Positions 9,152-19,405 of a DNA stretch of 59,633 nucleotides are shown here, one piece after another. Below the pieces are notes generated by a model. It saw nothing but the letters and a program-made list of their open reading frames with translations, did not search any database and was not told the DNA's origin. How positions within the stretch are numbered: the stretch's first letter is position 1; each line of letters opens with the position of its first letter. This stretch comes from an uncultured archaeon (GTDB lineage Archaea > Aenigmatarchaeota > Aenigmatarchaeia > QMZP01): assembly GCA_964389315.1 (NCBI GenBank), contig CAYMDJ010000002.1, positions 1 through 59,633 of the forward strand, written 5' to 3'. The position numbers and the translations under genes were made by a program.

Positions 9152-9853
9152 TTATCGCCTCTTTGATTTGAAATATTCATTCTGGAGTTTCTGTACCTTA
9201 TCGCCAAGGTCGTCAATCTTCTGTGCCCTTTTGCGGTCGGTGTCTATCAGGCCACCCATTAATCCGACTTCTGTGAGTGCGCGCAATCTGCCTTCAATGC
9301 TTGTAAACAAAGCCTCTATAGTTTGTGCAAGCCGGGTATTGTCTTGACCCCCCCTTTTACTTTTATAATCATCCACATAGCCTTCCAGACGGCCTATCTC
9401 ATGGTCTATGGAACTGAATTCCTTAGGGTCGTCCTTCCTTATGTTTCTTGCGGCCTTTCCTGCAAGATAACCCGTGAGTCCTCCGGCCATTGCCCCTGCA
9501 AGAGGTCCGCTACCGCCCTTCTTCCTGTCCCTGAAGAGGAGGCGGAAGAAGAACACCCATGCACCGACTATTAGTATCAGGACAATCCACCAGAACTGGC
9601 TGAGGGGGATGAACAGGGTCATCAATCCGTTGAGGACTATCACGGCGTAGAGAGCTATTGATATGAGGAGGCGGAGCCCTCCTCTCACCTCGTCGAGGAT
9701 GTACTGGAGGATGAGGTAAATTATCAGGAGTATGAAGACCGTGGGGAAGAAGAAGAGGTTGAATATCGCGTCTATCTGGTTGGTGTAGTAGCAGTTCACG
9801 GTGCTGCAGTTTATCCTGAGGACTTCAATAAGCATCTGTATGAGGTCTGCCAT
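9152..9853 (-). CDS. membrane protein with C-terminal cytoplasmic helical/coiled-coil tail, unknown function
   Basis: 233 aa with 3-4 hydrophobic helices. These are followed by a Gly-rich segment (GGSGPLAGAMAGGLTGYLAG) and a charged helical tail (...DDLGDKVQKLQNEYFKSKRR). No family recognised. Confidence 0.55.
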   Translation of the reverse strand: MADLIQMLIEVLRINCSTVNCYYTNQIDAIFNLFFFPTVFILLIIYLILQYILDEVRGGLRLLISIALYAVIVLNGLMTLFIPLSQFWWIVLILIVGAWVFFFRLLFRDRKKGGSGPLAGAMAGGLTGYLAGKAARNIRKDDPKEFSSIDHEIGRLEGYVDDYKSKRGGQDNTRLAQTIEALFTSIEGRLRALTEVGLMGGLIDTDRKRAQKIDDLGDKVQKLQNEYFKSKRR

Positions 9854-10055
9854 GCTTTAATTTGAATTAGCAAGCTTATATTAATTGGACATTCGTGGAT
9901 TCGTGACCGGCAGTGATAGGATGGCGGTCATTGAAGGGTTTGTTGGAAACGCGCAGCAGACGGTGACAATAAAAAACCGCAATAAAACGTAACGATATAA
10001 TTTATTAAGAACAACGGATATAACATTAATAATACAATAATTAACAGTGAAGCTA

Positions 10056-13000
10056 ATGGAGCTGGGTTTTGTTCGCGGGGGGAAACTGGCAGTCCTCCTT
10101 CTGGCAGGACTATTACTTATTCTCGTTTCACAGGGCGGCGTGTTCGCCGCAGGAGGGAACCTCACCGTGACGATGACAGGACCGGCGAACGGAAGCTTTG
10201 TCAGCGGGATAGAGACCTTCACAGCAACCAGCGTGACCGGAGTGAACATGACCTGGAGGTATTACGATTCCGGCTACTTTACCGTCTGCTTCAACACCAG
10301 CTCAACGACGTCTTTCTATAACGAGAGCTGCGACCTTTCCGGAATCTCCGACGGAACATATAATTTCAGCGCGTGGGCAAACCTCACTGCTGACAACGAG
10401 AGCTGGTCTGACAACGTGACTCTTATTGTTGACAACACATACCCTGAGGTGGATTTCGCCACGAACAATCCAGCCGATGGCAACTGGACCAACAGCGGAA
10501 CGGTGACGCTGAACGTGACCATAACCGACGACAATCCAAGCATCTGCATATTCGAGCTGAACCATTCTGCGTGGGCAACTGCAGTCAACTATACTAACAC
10601 CACATCAGGCGGCTCGTGCTCTTACTATTTTTCCGGTCTCCCTGACGGGAACTGGACGTATACTGCATGGGCGAACGACAGCGCATCCAATTACAACAGC
10701 ACGGAAACCAGATGGGTTGTGGTGGAGACCGAATATCCCTCTGTGACAGTCCACACCCCCGGCTCGACAAATCTGAGCAGCCTTCCCGTTATCTTCAACT
10801 TCACCGTGGTGGACGAGGTGGAGTCGAACTTCACCTGCCATGTATGGTTCAACGGAAGCCTGGTCAACACCAGTTATCCCCTTAACAACACGCCAACGGA
10901 GTTCAATGTGGTGGGCCTTGGGAAGGGCGACCAGACGTGGGAGATTAACTGCTCTGACGCCAACTACACGTATGCATCCGGCAACACCACCTTTGGCTTG
11001 TATCCCAACGTGGCGATTGAGGATTTCTGGTGGTCACACTACCCGGACAACAACACCGCCGTTGGGGACGACATCAACGTTACCGTCCTCGTAAACCTCA
11101 CGGGGAGCTTCAACCTGACCGACAACTTCACGGTAGGGATAAGGCTGGATTCAGGGACGTGGTATTACCAGAACGTGAGCAATTCCATGCTCACGACAGA
11201 GAGTCCCTCCCTCCCGCTCACCTTCATAGACAACATAACAGTCACCACAGCAGGGAACCACACGCTGAGCGCGCAGCTCACCCTTTACGAACCAGAGGGG
11301 GATTCTTTTGGCAACACCGCAACCACTTACGTGTATGCGGGCTACATAGTTGAACTCATCAATGTCTGCTACGACGGGACCTGCACGTACAACAATGTGA
11401 ATGAGGCGCCTGTCCCGCCAGGCGAGAACGTGACGGTGAACGTCTCTGTCCAGTACCCGAACGGGAGCTATGTGACATCGGGCCTTTCGTCAGTGAATTT
11501 CAAGGTCTATAACAGGAAGGATTCGGGGAGCGTCCCTTACAACCCCACATGGACGAACTCATCCATGGGAACGGTTCAGGGTGGCGGCGCGACCGGCCAC
11601 TACCAGTTCAACTACACCATACCCGACCTGGTGTGGGGTTCCAATTATCACAACCTTGCGGATGCTCCGGGAAGGTATTACCTTTACATGAACGTTACCA
11701 GCGGGAATTACGTCAACCCGGCGAGCCTCGATTATGCGTTCTACAACATAAGCGCCGGATACCTCACAATCAGCTACAGCATACCCTCTGACGTGGCTGA
11801 CCTTGAGGGAGAGGATTACAAGGTTGCTTACTTAAACATCACGGTATCCAACCAGTATGGGACGGCCGGCTTGCAGCAGATACAGCTGGCAGAGGACGAG
11901 TCAGACGGTATAGAGTCCTTCCAGTTCGGGACGTATGACGGAAGCCCTGACTGCGTCACCGCGAACATAACGACCCTTGCGGGGGGTTCGACCCACACGC
12001 TATGCAGGATGAGGATAAAGACCTCAAGCACAGGGGACGACCAGTGGACCAACGTGACCGCAGTGGGGCGCGACGCTAACAACAACCTGTATTATTATTC
12101 GCTCAAGAGGACGTTCGATATAGAGGATTCTTACACGAGCGGTGATACAGATCCGGGAACGACGGGAGGGACGCCGAGCGGAGGGGATGACTTCGACTTC
12201 GCAGTGAGCATAACCAGCTATCCCTCGAAGGTCTATGCATATCCGGGCGGGGGCAACAGGACGAACGTGACCGTAAAGAACTCAGGGGACACGGTCCTGG
12301 TGGCAAAGCTGAAGGTCACGGCATCCGGGATAATAGACAGCACCACAATCACGCCCGTGAGCTACAGCCTTAGCCCCGGTTCCAGCTGGAACTTCACAGT
12401 TGACTTCACCCTGGCGAGCGACGCAGAGGTCGGGGAGTATACGGGAATATTCACAGCCTACATGTCAACCGATGCTGACACCAACGACGCGAAGACCTTC
12501 AAGGTGGTCGTCCTCGCGACAGAGGAGCTTGCAGAGCAGATAAACGCTTCATGCCGGAACAAGACTGCCATGGTGGAGGCGATGTTCGCGAGGTTCAGGC
12601 TCATAAACCCCGCGGCCGTCAACGACAGCAACTACACGGTCGTGAAGAATCTCATGGACGCGCTCAATTCGACCTTCAATGCTTTATTGGCTGCGGTGGA
12701 CGCGGAGGACTGGACCACTGCAAACACCATCCTGCCAACCCTGCAGGCAGACATTGACAATGCAGAGACCGCTCTCGCTGACCTCGAGCTGGAGCAGACC
12801 ATGGCGTGGGGAGGCAGCTGGTCAGGCATATGGTTCTGGGTCATAATAGTCGTGGTAATGGTCATAGTGGTGGGGTTCGTTGCATACCTGTTCTACCCGC
12901 AGAAGAAGGGGCTCGGCTTCGGCCCGCCAATGCAGAAGAGAGGCTTCCTTGACGGCCTCAAGGCGAGGTTCTCATCGGCATCGAAAATCAAGGGTAAGGT

Positions 13001-13217
13001 GAAGACGCCAAAAATCGGGAAGAAGAAAGAGCCGGAACCAGAGGGTCCGCCGAGATACATAGAGGGATATGAGAAGCACGCCAGGGACTTCCAGTACAAG
13101 AAACCCGGAGGGATAATCAAGAAGATAAAGGACAAGTTCAAGAAGAAGAAGCCCCAGAAGGACATGTCAGAGTTCTTCTCCTCTGACAGCACAGAGAGGA
13201 TAGTTAGCGATTACTAA
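10056..13217 (+). CDS. secreted, membrane-anchored sequon-rich surface glycoprotein (Ig-like/CARDB-like array; S-layer or adhesin candidate)
   Basis: It has a signal-like N-terminus (MELGFVRGGKLAVLLLAGLLLILVSQGGVFAAG; GTG 10047 is an alternative start). I count 11 N-x-S/T sequons in the first ~165 residues and many more beyond. It contains repeated beta-rich modules, a G/T/P-rich linker (DPGTTGGTPSGGDD) and a CARDB-like VTVKNSGDTVLVAKLKV. A helical stalk follows, then a single C-terminal TM (IWFWVIIVVVMVIVVGFVAYLFY) and a Lys-rich cytoplasmic tail. Confidence 0.8.
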   Translation: MELGFVRGGKLAVLLLAGLLLILVSQGGVFAAGGNLTVTMTGPANGSFVSGIETFTATSVTGVNMTWRYYDSGYFTVCFNTSSTTSFYNESCDLSGISDGTYNFSAWANLTADNESWSDNVTLIVDNTYPEVDFATNNPADGNWTNSGTVTLNVTITDDNPSICIFELNHSAWATAVNYTNTTSGGSCSYYFSGLPDGNWTYTAWANDSASNYNSTETRWVVVETEYPSVTVHTPGSTNLSSLPVIFNFTVVDEVESNFTCHVWFNGSLVNTSYPLNNTPTEFNVVGLGKGDQTWEINCSDANYTYASGNTTFGLYPNVAIEDFWWSHYPDNNTAVGDDINVTVLVNLTGSFNLTDNFTVGIRLDSGTWYYQNVSNSMLTTESPSLPLTFIDNITVTTAGNHTLSAQLTLYEPEGDSFGNTATTYVYAGYIVELINVCYDGTCTYNNVNEAPVPPGENVTVNVSVQYPNGSYVTSGLSSVNFKVYNRKDSGSVPYNPTWTNSSMGTVQGGGATGHYQFNYTIPDLVWGSNYHNLADAPGRYYLYMNVTSGNYVNPASLDYAFYNISAGYLTISYSIPSDVADLEGEDYKVAYLNITVSNQYGTAGLQQIQLAEDESDGIESFQFGTYDGSPDCVTANITTLAGGSTHTLCRMRIKTSSTGDDQWTNVTAVGRDANNNLYYYSLKRTFDIEDSYTSGDTDPGTTGGTPSGGDDFDFAVSITSYPSKVYAYPGGGNRTNVTVKNSGDTVLVAKLKVTASGIIDSTTITPVSYSLSPGSSWNFTVDFTLASDAEVGEYTGIFTAYMSTDADTNDAKTFKVVVLATEELAEQINASCRNKTAMVEAMFARFRLINPAAVNDSNYTVVKNLMDALNSTFNALLAAVDAEDWTTANTILPTLQADIDNAETALADLELEQTMAWGGSWSGIWFWVIIVVVMVIVVGFVAYLFYPQKKGLGFGPPMQKRGFLDGLKARFSSASKIKGKVKTPKIGKKKEPEPEGPPRYIEGYEKHARDFQYKKPGGIIKKIKDKFKKKKPQKDMSEFFSSDSTERIVSDY

Positions 13218-13284
13218 AACCAGGAACGCTGCGCGAAAATCTGACATTCGTCAGCGATTACTGAGCCCAGGAAATCTGTGCGAA

Positions 13285-14316
13285 TTATTTAAGGATGTCC
13301 ATCAGGGGGAAGTCCATGTCCAGTCGGGACGTGTCCATTCCCTCAAGGGATTTGAATATATTGTCTATTTGCCTGTTGGTGAGTGATTTGTAGAGTTCCC
13401 TGAACATCAGGCCTGCCCTTATCGACCTGCCGATGGTCCTGTGCCAGCGCTCCTCATATATGGAAAGGAAGGATTCTGAGAAATCGTTCTTCCTGAAGGC
13501 CTCCTTCAGGACTTCTGCGGCTATCCTCCCGCAAGCCATTCCGTAGACAATCCCTCCGCCTGACCAGGGCTTTGTCTGTGACGCGGCGTCGCCGACCAGG
13601 AGGGTCCTGGTGAAAGATGTCCTGTGGAGACCAAAGGGGAGGATGCCTGCCCTCTTATCAAAATTCCTGAGCTTGAAGAATCTCTTGAGAACGGGGAACG
13701 AGCACCCTGCCCCGAGCATCCCGTATTCCGTCCTTCTCCCACGCGGGATTCTCCAGAGGAAGCCGTCAGTCCTTTTTTTATCAAACCAGAGCTCCACGAA
13801 ATCCTCCTCTCCGGGTTTGTCCTCTATCGCGATTATCCCGGGAACGCTCTCTGACCTCTGCCTGAAATGCTTCCTGACGAGGGAGGAAGGACCGTCCGCG
13901 CCGACCAGGATTTCGGATTTGAGGGTTTCTCCTTCGGTGGAGACTGTGACGCCCTTTCCTGTAACGGATATCTTCCTGACTCTGGTGCCGAGAAGCTTCT
14001 CTGACCTGCTTCTGTCCAGGAGGGAGCGGTCAAACCTCTGACGGTCTATAACGTAGGCCGTTGTTCTCTTTTTCATGAGCTCCAGCTTCCCTCCTCCGGG
14101 AGAGTGGAGAACCGCTCCCCTGACCGTGTGCTCTATGCAACCGGAGGGACGGAAGAACCTGTCAACGTTCCTGGATATGAGGCCAGAGCACTGGATTGGG
14201 CTTCCAGGCTCCTTCTTCTGGTCAATGAGGAGCGTGCGGAGGGTCTTGCTACACTGCCCTGAAACATAGGCCCCGGAGGGCCCGGCACCGATAACAATAA
14301 TATCGTGCTTCTCCAT
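13285..14316 (-). CDS. geranylgeranyl reductase family FAD-dependent oxidoreductase
   Basis: Rossmann FAD motif DIIVIGAGPSGA at the N-terminus. LVGADG and LVGDAA motifs are typical of GGR/digeranylgeranylglycerophospholipid reductases. ATG 14314-14316 is preferred over the TTG at 14337. Confidence 0.85.
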   Translation of the reverse strand: MEKHDIIVIGAGPSGAYVSGQCSKTLRTLLIDQKKEPGSPIQCSGLISRNVDRFFRPSGCIEHTVRGAVLHSPGGGKLELMKKRTTAYVIDRQRFDRSLLDRSRSEKLLGTRVRKISVTGKGVTVSTEGETLKSEILVGADGPSSLVRKHFRQRSESVPGIIAIEDKPGEEDFVELWFDKKRTDGFLWRIPRGRRTEYGMLGAGCSFPVLKRFFKLRNFDKRAGILPFGLHRTSFTRTLLVGDAASQTKPWSGGGIVYGMACGRIAAEVLKEAFRKNDFSESFLSIYEERWHRTIGRSIRAGLMFRELYKSLTNRQIDNIFKSLEGMDTSRLDMDFPLMDILK

Positions 14317-14389
14317 AACATTTATAAGCCTTTTCAATATTTATAACCTAAAACAAGAGTATGTTATAGGCTTCTTCAGAGTGAATATC

Positions 14390-15244
14390 ATGTCAAAGGG
14401 TAAAGGCGTCCTGGCTTCAAAATCAGTAATAATCATCCCCATGATAATTCTCCTGTTCTCTGTGGGTTTCCTGGTATACGGCTACATGCAGACAGGGGAA
14501 TGGTTCCAGCGCTCCATAGAGCTGAAGGGAGGGACCCTGATAACAGTGAACAGCCCCTCGGGATTCGATATCGGTGATGTGAAAGAATCGCTTGAGGGAA
14601 TGTTCGGGACGACTGTCGTGAGGGAGCTCAGGAGCTTCTCGGGGTATGCAATGACGATAGAGGTCTCATCTGACGTGAATCCGGACAGCGTCATGGAAAC
14701 GCTCGGCTCGCTGGGGGTGGATGTGACAGATTCCTCTGTGGAGACTATAGGGCCCTCGCTCGGCGAGGCATTCTGGTTCCAGGCGCAGATCGGTATAATA
14801 ATAGCGTTCGTGCTGATGGGGGTAATAGTCTTCGTGATATTCCGGACCCCTGTCCCCTCTGCGGCGGTGATGATGGCCGCGGTCTCTGACATAATAATAA
14901 CGCTCGCGATGATGCAGGTCTTCGGCATTGAGCTATCTCTCGCGAGCTTTGCCGCTCTCCTGATGCTCATAGGTTACTCGATTGACACGGACATACTGCT
15001 CACGACAAGGATACTCAGGACAGAGGGCGAACTGGACGGGAAGATAAGGTCTGCATTCAAGACAGGAATCACGATGACTGGCACGACCCTGGGCGTCCTG
15101 GTTGCCATACTGATTACAACGTCATCTACTGTCCTGTTCGGGATAGCGTCCGTCCTCGCGATAGGCCTTGCTATAGATATCGTGAACACGTGGCTCCAGA
15201 ACGCGACCATACTGAGGTGGCACGCAGAGAGGAGGGGGCTGTGA
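14390..15244 (+). CDS. secF: protein-export membrane protein SecF
   Basis: An N-terminal TM is followed by IELKGGT, a periplasmic domain and a 5-TM bundle (FALLMLIGYSIDTDILLTTRIL). ATG 14390 is preferred over GTG 14381. The stop overlaps the secD start (TGATG at 15242-15246). Confidence 0.85.
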   Translation: MSKGKGVLASKSVIIIPMIILLFSVGFLVYGYMQTGEWFQRSIELKGGTLITVNSPSGFDIGDVKESLEGMFGTTVVRELRSFSGYAMTIEVSSDVNPDSVMETLGSLGVDVTDSSVETIGPSLGEAFWFQAQIGIIIAFVLMGVIVFVIFRTPVPSAAVMMAAVSDIIITLAMMQVFGIELSLASFAALLMLIGYSIDTDILLTTRILRTEGELDGKIRSAFKTGITMTGTTLGVLVAILITTSSTVLFGIASVLAIGLAIDIVNTWLQNATILRWHAERRGL

Positions 15245-17043
15245 TGCTCAAGTACTGGAGGGTCTGGCTTCTGGTGGTGATGGTATTCGCATCGATAATG
15301 GCAATAGGCTTCAAGACATATCCTTATGGCAGGAATGCGGTGGAGATAGTCTATGTCTCAAACGATTCTTCTGCAAGGGGGATTCTCGAGCAGGGCATGT
15401 TCATAACGAACATCAACGGTGAGAAGGTTCCTGACATAGAAGCATGGAACCTGATAACATCGGGAATCAGGGACCAGAACGTGACGCTCATGGTCAACGG
15501 GAAGAGTTATGAATTCTACGTGAATGACAGCATCGGGATAGATGCAATAGACATAGACAGGACCAACCTCAACTTCGGCCTTGACCTCAGGGGAGGGACT
15601 AGGATTATCCTGAAGCCGAAGGAAAACGCAACGAAAGAGACCATAGACCAGGTTATATCAACGCTCCAGACGAGGGCCAACATATACGGCCTCAGGGAGA
15701 TGAACTTCTTCTCCGTCCGGGGAGCGGACGGCGACTATTACCTGCAGATAGAGGTCGCGGGGATAAAGAGGGACATAATCGACGAGCTGCTCTCGGCGCA
15801 GGGCAGGTTCGAGGCAAAGATATCAAAGCCCGTGGAGATATCAGGAGGCTCGGGGACAATCCAGCTGGTCTCTGAATCATATCCTGTCGCCCTGGCGGGC
15901 AACGACAGTATAATCATTGAAGGGACAGCCTATGAGCAGGGTGACATCTTCACCCTGGGGGGGATAGAATTCGAGTACGTTAACGCAACTGATACGAGGG
16001 TCTTACTGATGGGAAAGGCGTATGACGGGGACGACATAGAGCTAATCTATTCTGACCCGCAGAGGTCCGGCATCATGCCCATACAGGGGGGTTACAGGTT
16101 CTTCTTTGGCGTGCTTGTCTCACCAGAGGGTGCGCAGAGGTTTGCTGACATAACGGCAGGCGTGCAGAGCTACCTGGACCTTGTCGGTGGGGAGAGATAC
16201 CTGGAGAGCGAGATATTCCTTTACCTGGATGAGCAGCTCGTATCGAGCCTTAGGATATCATCAGACCTCGGAGGAAGAATCGTCCAGGAGCCCCAGATTA
16301 CCGGAAGCAGGGTAGAGCAGGAGGATGCGATACAGGAGAAGCTTCGGCTCCAGGCAATACTCAGGTCAGGCGAGCTTCCGACCTCCCTGGAAACCGTTTC
16401 CGTGGGCGTGATATCGCCAGCCCTGGGGGAGGAGTTCTTCAACTCAACCCTGTATGCCGCTTTGTTTGCTGCCGGCGCGGTCATAATCATAATATTCATC
16501 AGGTACAGGAGCCTGAAGATTTCCATTCCCATGGTGTTCATTGGATTGTCAGAGGTCATAATAATACTGGGGATATCCGCGGCCGATGACGCGATGATAT
16601 GGCTGGTGGCCCTCCTCATAAACTTCCTGATAGTCTCGATATCGTGGTGGAAGAAATTCGAGATTGACATATACGCATGGGTCGGGGCGATACTGATACC
16701 ACTCCTCGGAATGGCGTCGTGGACCATAGACCTTCCGGCGATAGGTGGTATAATCGCTGCCATAGGGACCGGCGTTGACCACCAGATAATAATAGCGGAC
16801 GAGACCCTGAGCAGCAGGGGTGGCGACAAGAGGGACTACACCGTGAAGGAGAAGATAAAGAGGGCGTTCTTCATAATATTCGGTGCGGCCGCGACGACCA
16901 TAGCGGCGATGATTCCCCTCATGTCAATAGGGATAGGATTCGTCAGGGGTTTCGCGATAACCACCATAGTGGGCGTCCTGGCAGGCATCCTGGTGACGAG
17001 ACCCGCTTACGCCAGGATAATAGAGGCCATGAACAAGGAATAA
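15244..17043 (+). CDS. secD: protein-export membrane protein SecD
   Basis: MLKYWRVWLLVVMVFAS TM, the GLDLRGGTRI signature, a large extracytoplasmic domain and a C-terminal 5-TM bundle. It is coupled to secF. Confidence 0.85.
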   Translation: MLKYWRVWLLVVMVFASIMAIGFKTYPYGRNAVEIVYVSNDSSARGILEQGMFITNINGEKVPDIEAWNLITSGIRDQNVTLMVNGKSYEFYVNDSIGIDAIDIDRTNLNFGLDLRGGTRIILKPKENATKETIDQVISTLQTRANIYGLREMNFFSVRGADGDYYLQIEVAGIKRDIIDELLSAQGRFEAKISKPVEISGGSGTIQLVSESYPVALAGNDSIIIEGTAYEQGDIFTLGGIEFEYVNATDTRVLLMGKAYDGDDIELIYSDPQRSGIMPIQGGYRFFFGVLVSPEGAQRFADITAGVQSYLDLVGGERYLESEIFLYLDEQLVSSLRISSDLGGRIVQEPQITGSRVEQEDAIQEKLRLQAILRSGELPTSLETVSVGVISPALGEEFFNSTLYAALFAAGAVIIIIFIRYRSLKISIPMVFIGLSEVIIILGISAADDAMIWLVALLINFLIVSISWWKKFEIDIYAWVGAILIPLLGMASWTIDLPAIGGIIAAIGTGVDHQIIIADETLSSRGGDKRDYTVKEKIKRAFFIIFGAAATTIAAMIPLMSIGIGFVRGFAITTIVGVLAGILVTRPAYARIIEAMNKE

Positions 17044-17110
17044 TCCTTACAGGGGTTTCTGGTTCTTGATAAACTTTATTACAGGCGTGGCCCAAGTATA
17101 AACAGGTGAT

Positions 17111-19405
17111 TTGTTGGGATTCATATTATGGTTTGATGACATAGGAAAGGGCGACATAGAGAAGGTCGGGGGGAAATGCGCAAACCTCGGAGAGATTGCA
17201 GGAATACACGTCCCTACTTTGCCGGGGTTTGCAATAACTGCAGATGCCTATGACCACTTCATAAAGGGCGCAGGCCTGAGGGAGCATATAAAAAAGACCC
17301 TGGAAGGGCTCGATGTGAAGAACATAAGGGACCTGAGGAAGAGGGGCGCGGAAATAAGGAAAAGCGTTTCCTCTGCAATAATCCCCGATGATCTCAGCAA
17401 GGATATAATCAGTTCCTACAGGAAACTGGGCAAGAAGCTCGGGGTGCCGAACCCTTTCGTTGCAGTGAGGTCCTCGGCGACCGCAGAGGACCTTCCGGGC
17501 GCAAGCTTTGCAGGCCAGCAGGACACGTTCCTGAACGTCTCGGGTGAGAAAGACCTCCTGCAGAAGGTAAGGAACTGCTTCGCTTCACTGTTCACAGACA
17601 GGGCAATATCGTACAGGGTTGACAAGGGATTCGACCACCTGAAGGTCAAGCTTTCCATAGGCGTCCAGAAGATGGTGAGGAGCGACGTCGGCTCCTCGGG
17701 TGTGATGTTCACCATGGATCCGGATTCAGGGTTCGATGGAGTGGTGGTGATAAACGGGACGTATGGGTTGGGGGAGTATCTGGTCCAGGGAAAGGTCACG
17801 CCAGACACCTTCATAGTCTTCAAGAAGACCATGAAGATAATAGAGAAGAGCCTCGGGAGCAAGAGGGTCAAGCTTATAAGGGGAGGGAGAGGCAACAGGG
17901 AGGCCCGCGTCTCCGAGGAGGACAGGGGCAAGTTCTGCATCACGGACGAGCAGGCAAAGAAGCTTGCAGAGTATGCAATGATGATAGAGGACCATTACAG
18001 GCGGCCAATGGACATAGAATGGGCAATAGACGGCGAGACAGGGGATTTGTACATAGTCCAGGCAAGGCCCGAGACCGTCCATTCGGCAGGGAAGAAGAAC
18101 ATAATAAGGGACTTTGTCCTGGAGGAGAAGGGCAGGGTAATCGTCACAGGAAGCGCGGTAGGAAGGAAGATAGGCGTGGGCAAGGTGAACGTCATCAGGT
18201 CGTCAAAGGACATATACAGGTTCAAGGTCGGCGAGGTCCTGGTGACAGAAATGACAGACCCGGACTGGGAGCCCATAATGAAGATAGCTTCAGCTATAGT
18301 GACTGACAGCGGCGGCCAGACGAGTCACGCAGCCATAGTATCAAGGGAGTTGGGCGTCCCGTGTATAATCGGGACGGAAAACGCAACAGGGCTCCTCAAA
18401 ACAGGCCAGGAGGTAACCATAGACTGCTCGACAGGCGAGGGAAGGGTCTTCCGGGGTTTTCTGAAGTTCAGGATAATCGAGAAGGACGTGAGCAGGATAC
18501 CGAGGACCAGGACGAAGATAATGCTGAACATAGGCGAGCCTAGCAGGGCATTCAGCCTTGCGAAGCTCCCTGTTGATGGAGTGGGTCTCGCTAGGGAGGA
18601 GTTCATAATAAGCAGCCACGTGGGGAAGCATCCCCTCTATCTCCTTGAGAAGGGCATGGGGGACGTTTACGTCCAGGCCCTCGCGACCGGCATAGGGAAG
18701 ATAGCAGCAGCGTTCTATCCGAGGCCTGTAATAGTGAGGCTTTCTGACTTCAAGACAGACGAGTATGCTAACCTCAAGGGTGGAGAACATTACGAGCCAA
18801 AGGAGGACAACCCCATGCTGGGGTGGAGGGGGGCTTCGAGATACTATGACAAGATATTCTCGCTCGCGTTCGAGCTGGAATGCAAGGCCCTCCGGATGGT
18901 CAGGGAAGACCTGAAGCTGGACAACGTTATAATAATGGTCCCCTTCTGCAGGACAGTGGAGGAGGCGAAGAGGGTGAAGAGCGAGCTTTCCAGGTTCGGG
19001 CTGGACAGGAAATCCGGATGTGAGATGTACATGATGGCAGAGCTGCCCAGCAACATAATACTTGCCGACGAGTTCGCAAAGCTCTTTGACGGCTTCTCCA
19101 TAGGCTCGAACGACCTCACCCAGCTGACCCTGGGGCTTGACCGGAACTCTGACAAGCTTTCCTATCTCTTTGATGAGAGGAACGATGCTGTCAAGCGCCT
19201 TATAGAGATGCTGATTAAGACGGCCCACAGGAACAAGCCGAGGAGGAGCGTGGGGATATGCGGTGAGGCCCCTTCCAACTACCCGGATTTCACCGAATTC
19301 CTGGTGAGGAGGGGGATAGATTCCATATCTGTTGAGCCCGACGTCGCGCTCAAGACCATCCTCCTGGTGGACCGGGTCGAGAAGAAGCTCAGGACAAAAG
19401 GCTGA
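17111..19405 (+). CDS. ppsA: phosphoenolpyruvate synthase (pyruvate, water dikinase)
   Basis: N-terminal ...KVGGKCANLGE, the phospho-histidine swivel motif GGQTSHAAIVSRELGVPCI, and a C-terminal PEP-utilising TIM-barrel ending in ...GICGEAPS. There is no in-frame ATG near the 5' end. TTG 17111 or 17114 follows an AGGTGA at 17104-17109. Confidence 0.9.
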   Translation: MLGFILWFDDIGKGDIEKVGGKCANLGEIAGIHVPTLPGFAITADAYDHFIKGAGLREHIKKTLEGLDVKNIRDLRKRGAEIRKSVSSAIIPDDLSKDIISSYRKLGKKLGVPNPFVAVRSSATAEDLPGASFAGQQDTFLNVSGEKDLLQKVRNCFASLFTDRAISYRVDKGFDHLKVKLSIGVQKMVRSDVGSSGVMFTMDPDSGFDGVVVINGTYGLGEYLVQGKVTPDTFIVFKKTMKIIEKSLGSKRVKLIRGGRGNREARVSEEDRGKFCITDEQAKKLAEYAMMIEDHYRRPMDIEWAIDGETGDLYIVQARPETVHSAGKKNIIRDFVLEEKGRVIVTGSAVGRKIGVGKVNVIRSSKDIYRFKVGEVLVTEMTDPDWEPIMKIASAIVTDSGGQTSHAAIVSRELGVPCIIGTENATGLLKTGQEVTIDCSTGEGRVFRGFLKFRIIEKDVSRIPRTRTKIMLNIGEPSRAFSLAKLPVDGVGLAREEFIISSHVGKHPLYLLEKGMGDVYVQALATGIGKIAAAFYPRPVIVRLSDFKTDEYANLKGGEHYEPKEDNPMLGWRGASRYYDKIFSLAFELECKALRMVREDLKLDNVIIMVPFCRTVEEAKRVKSELSRFGLDRKSGCEMYMMAELPSNIILADEFAKLFDGFSIGSNDLTQLTLGLDRNSDKLSYLFDERNDAVKRLIEMLIKTAHRNKPRRSVGICGEAPSNYPDFTEFLVRRGIDSISVEPDVALKTILLVDRVEKKLRTKG

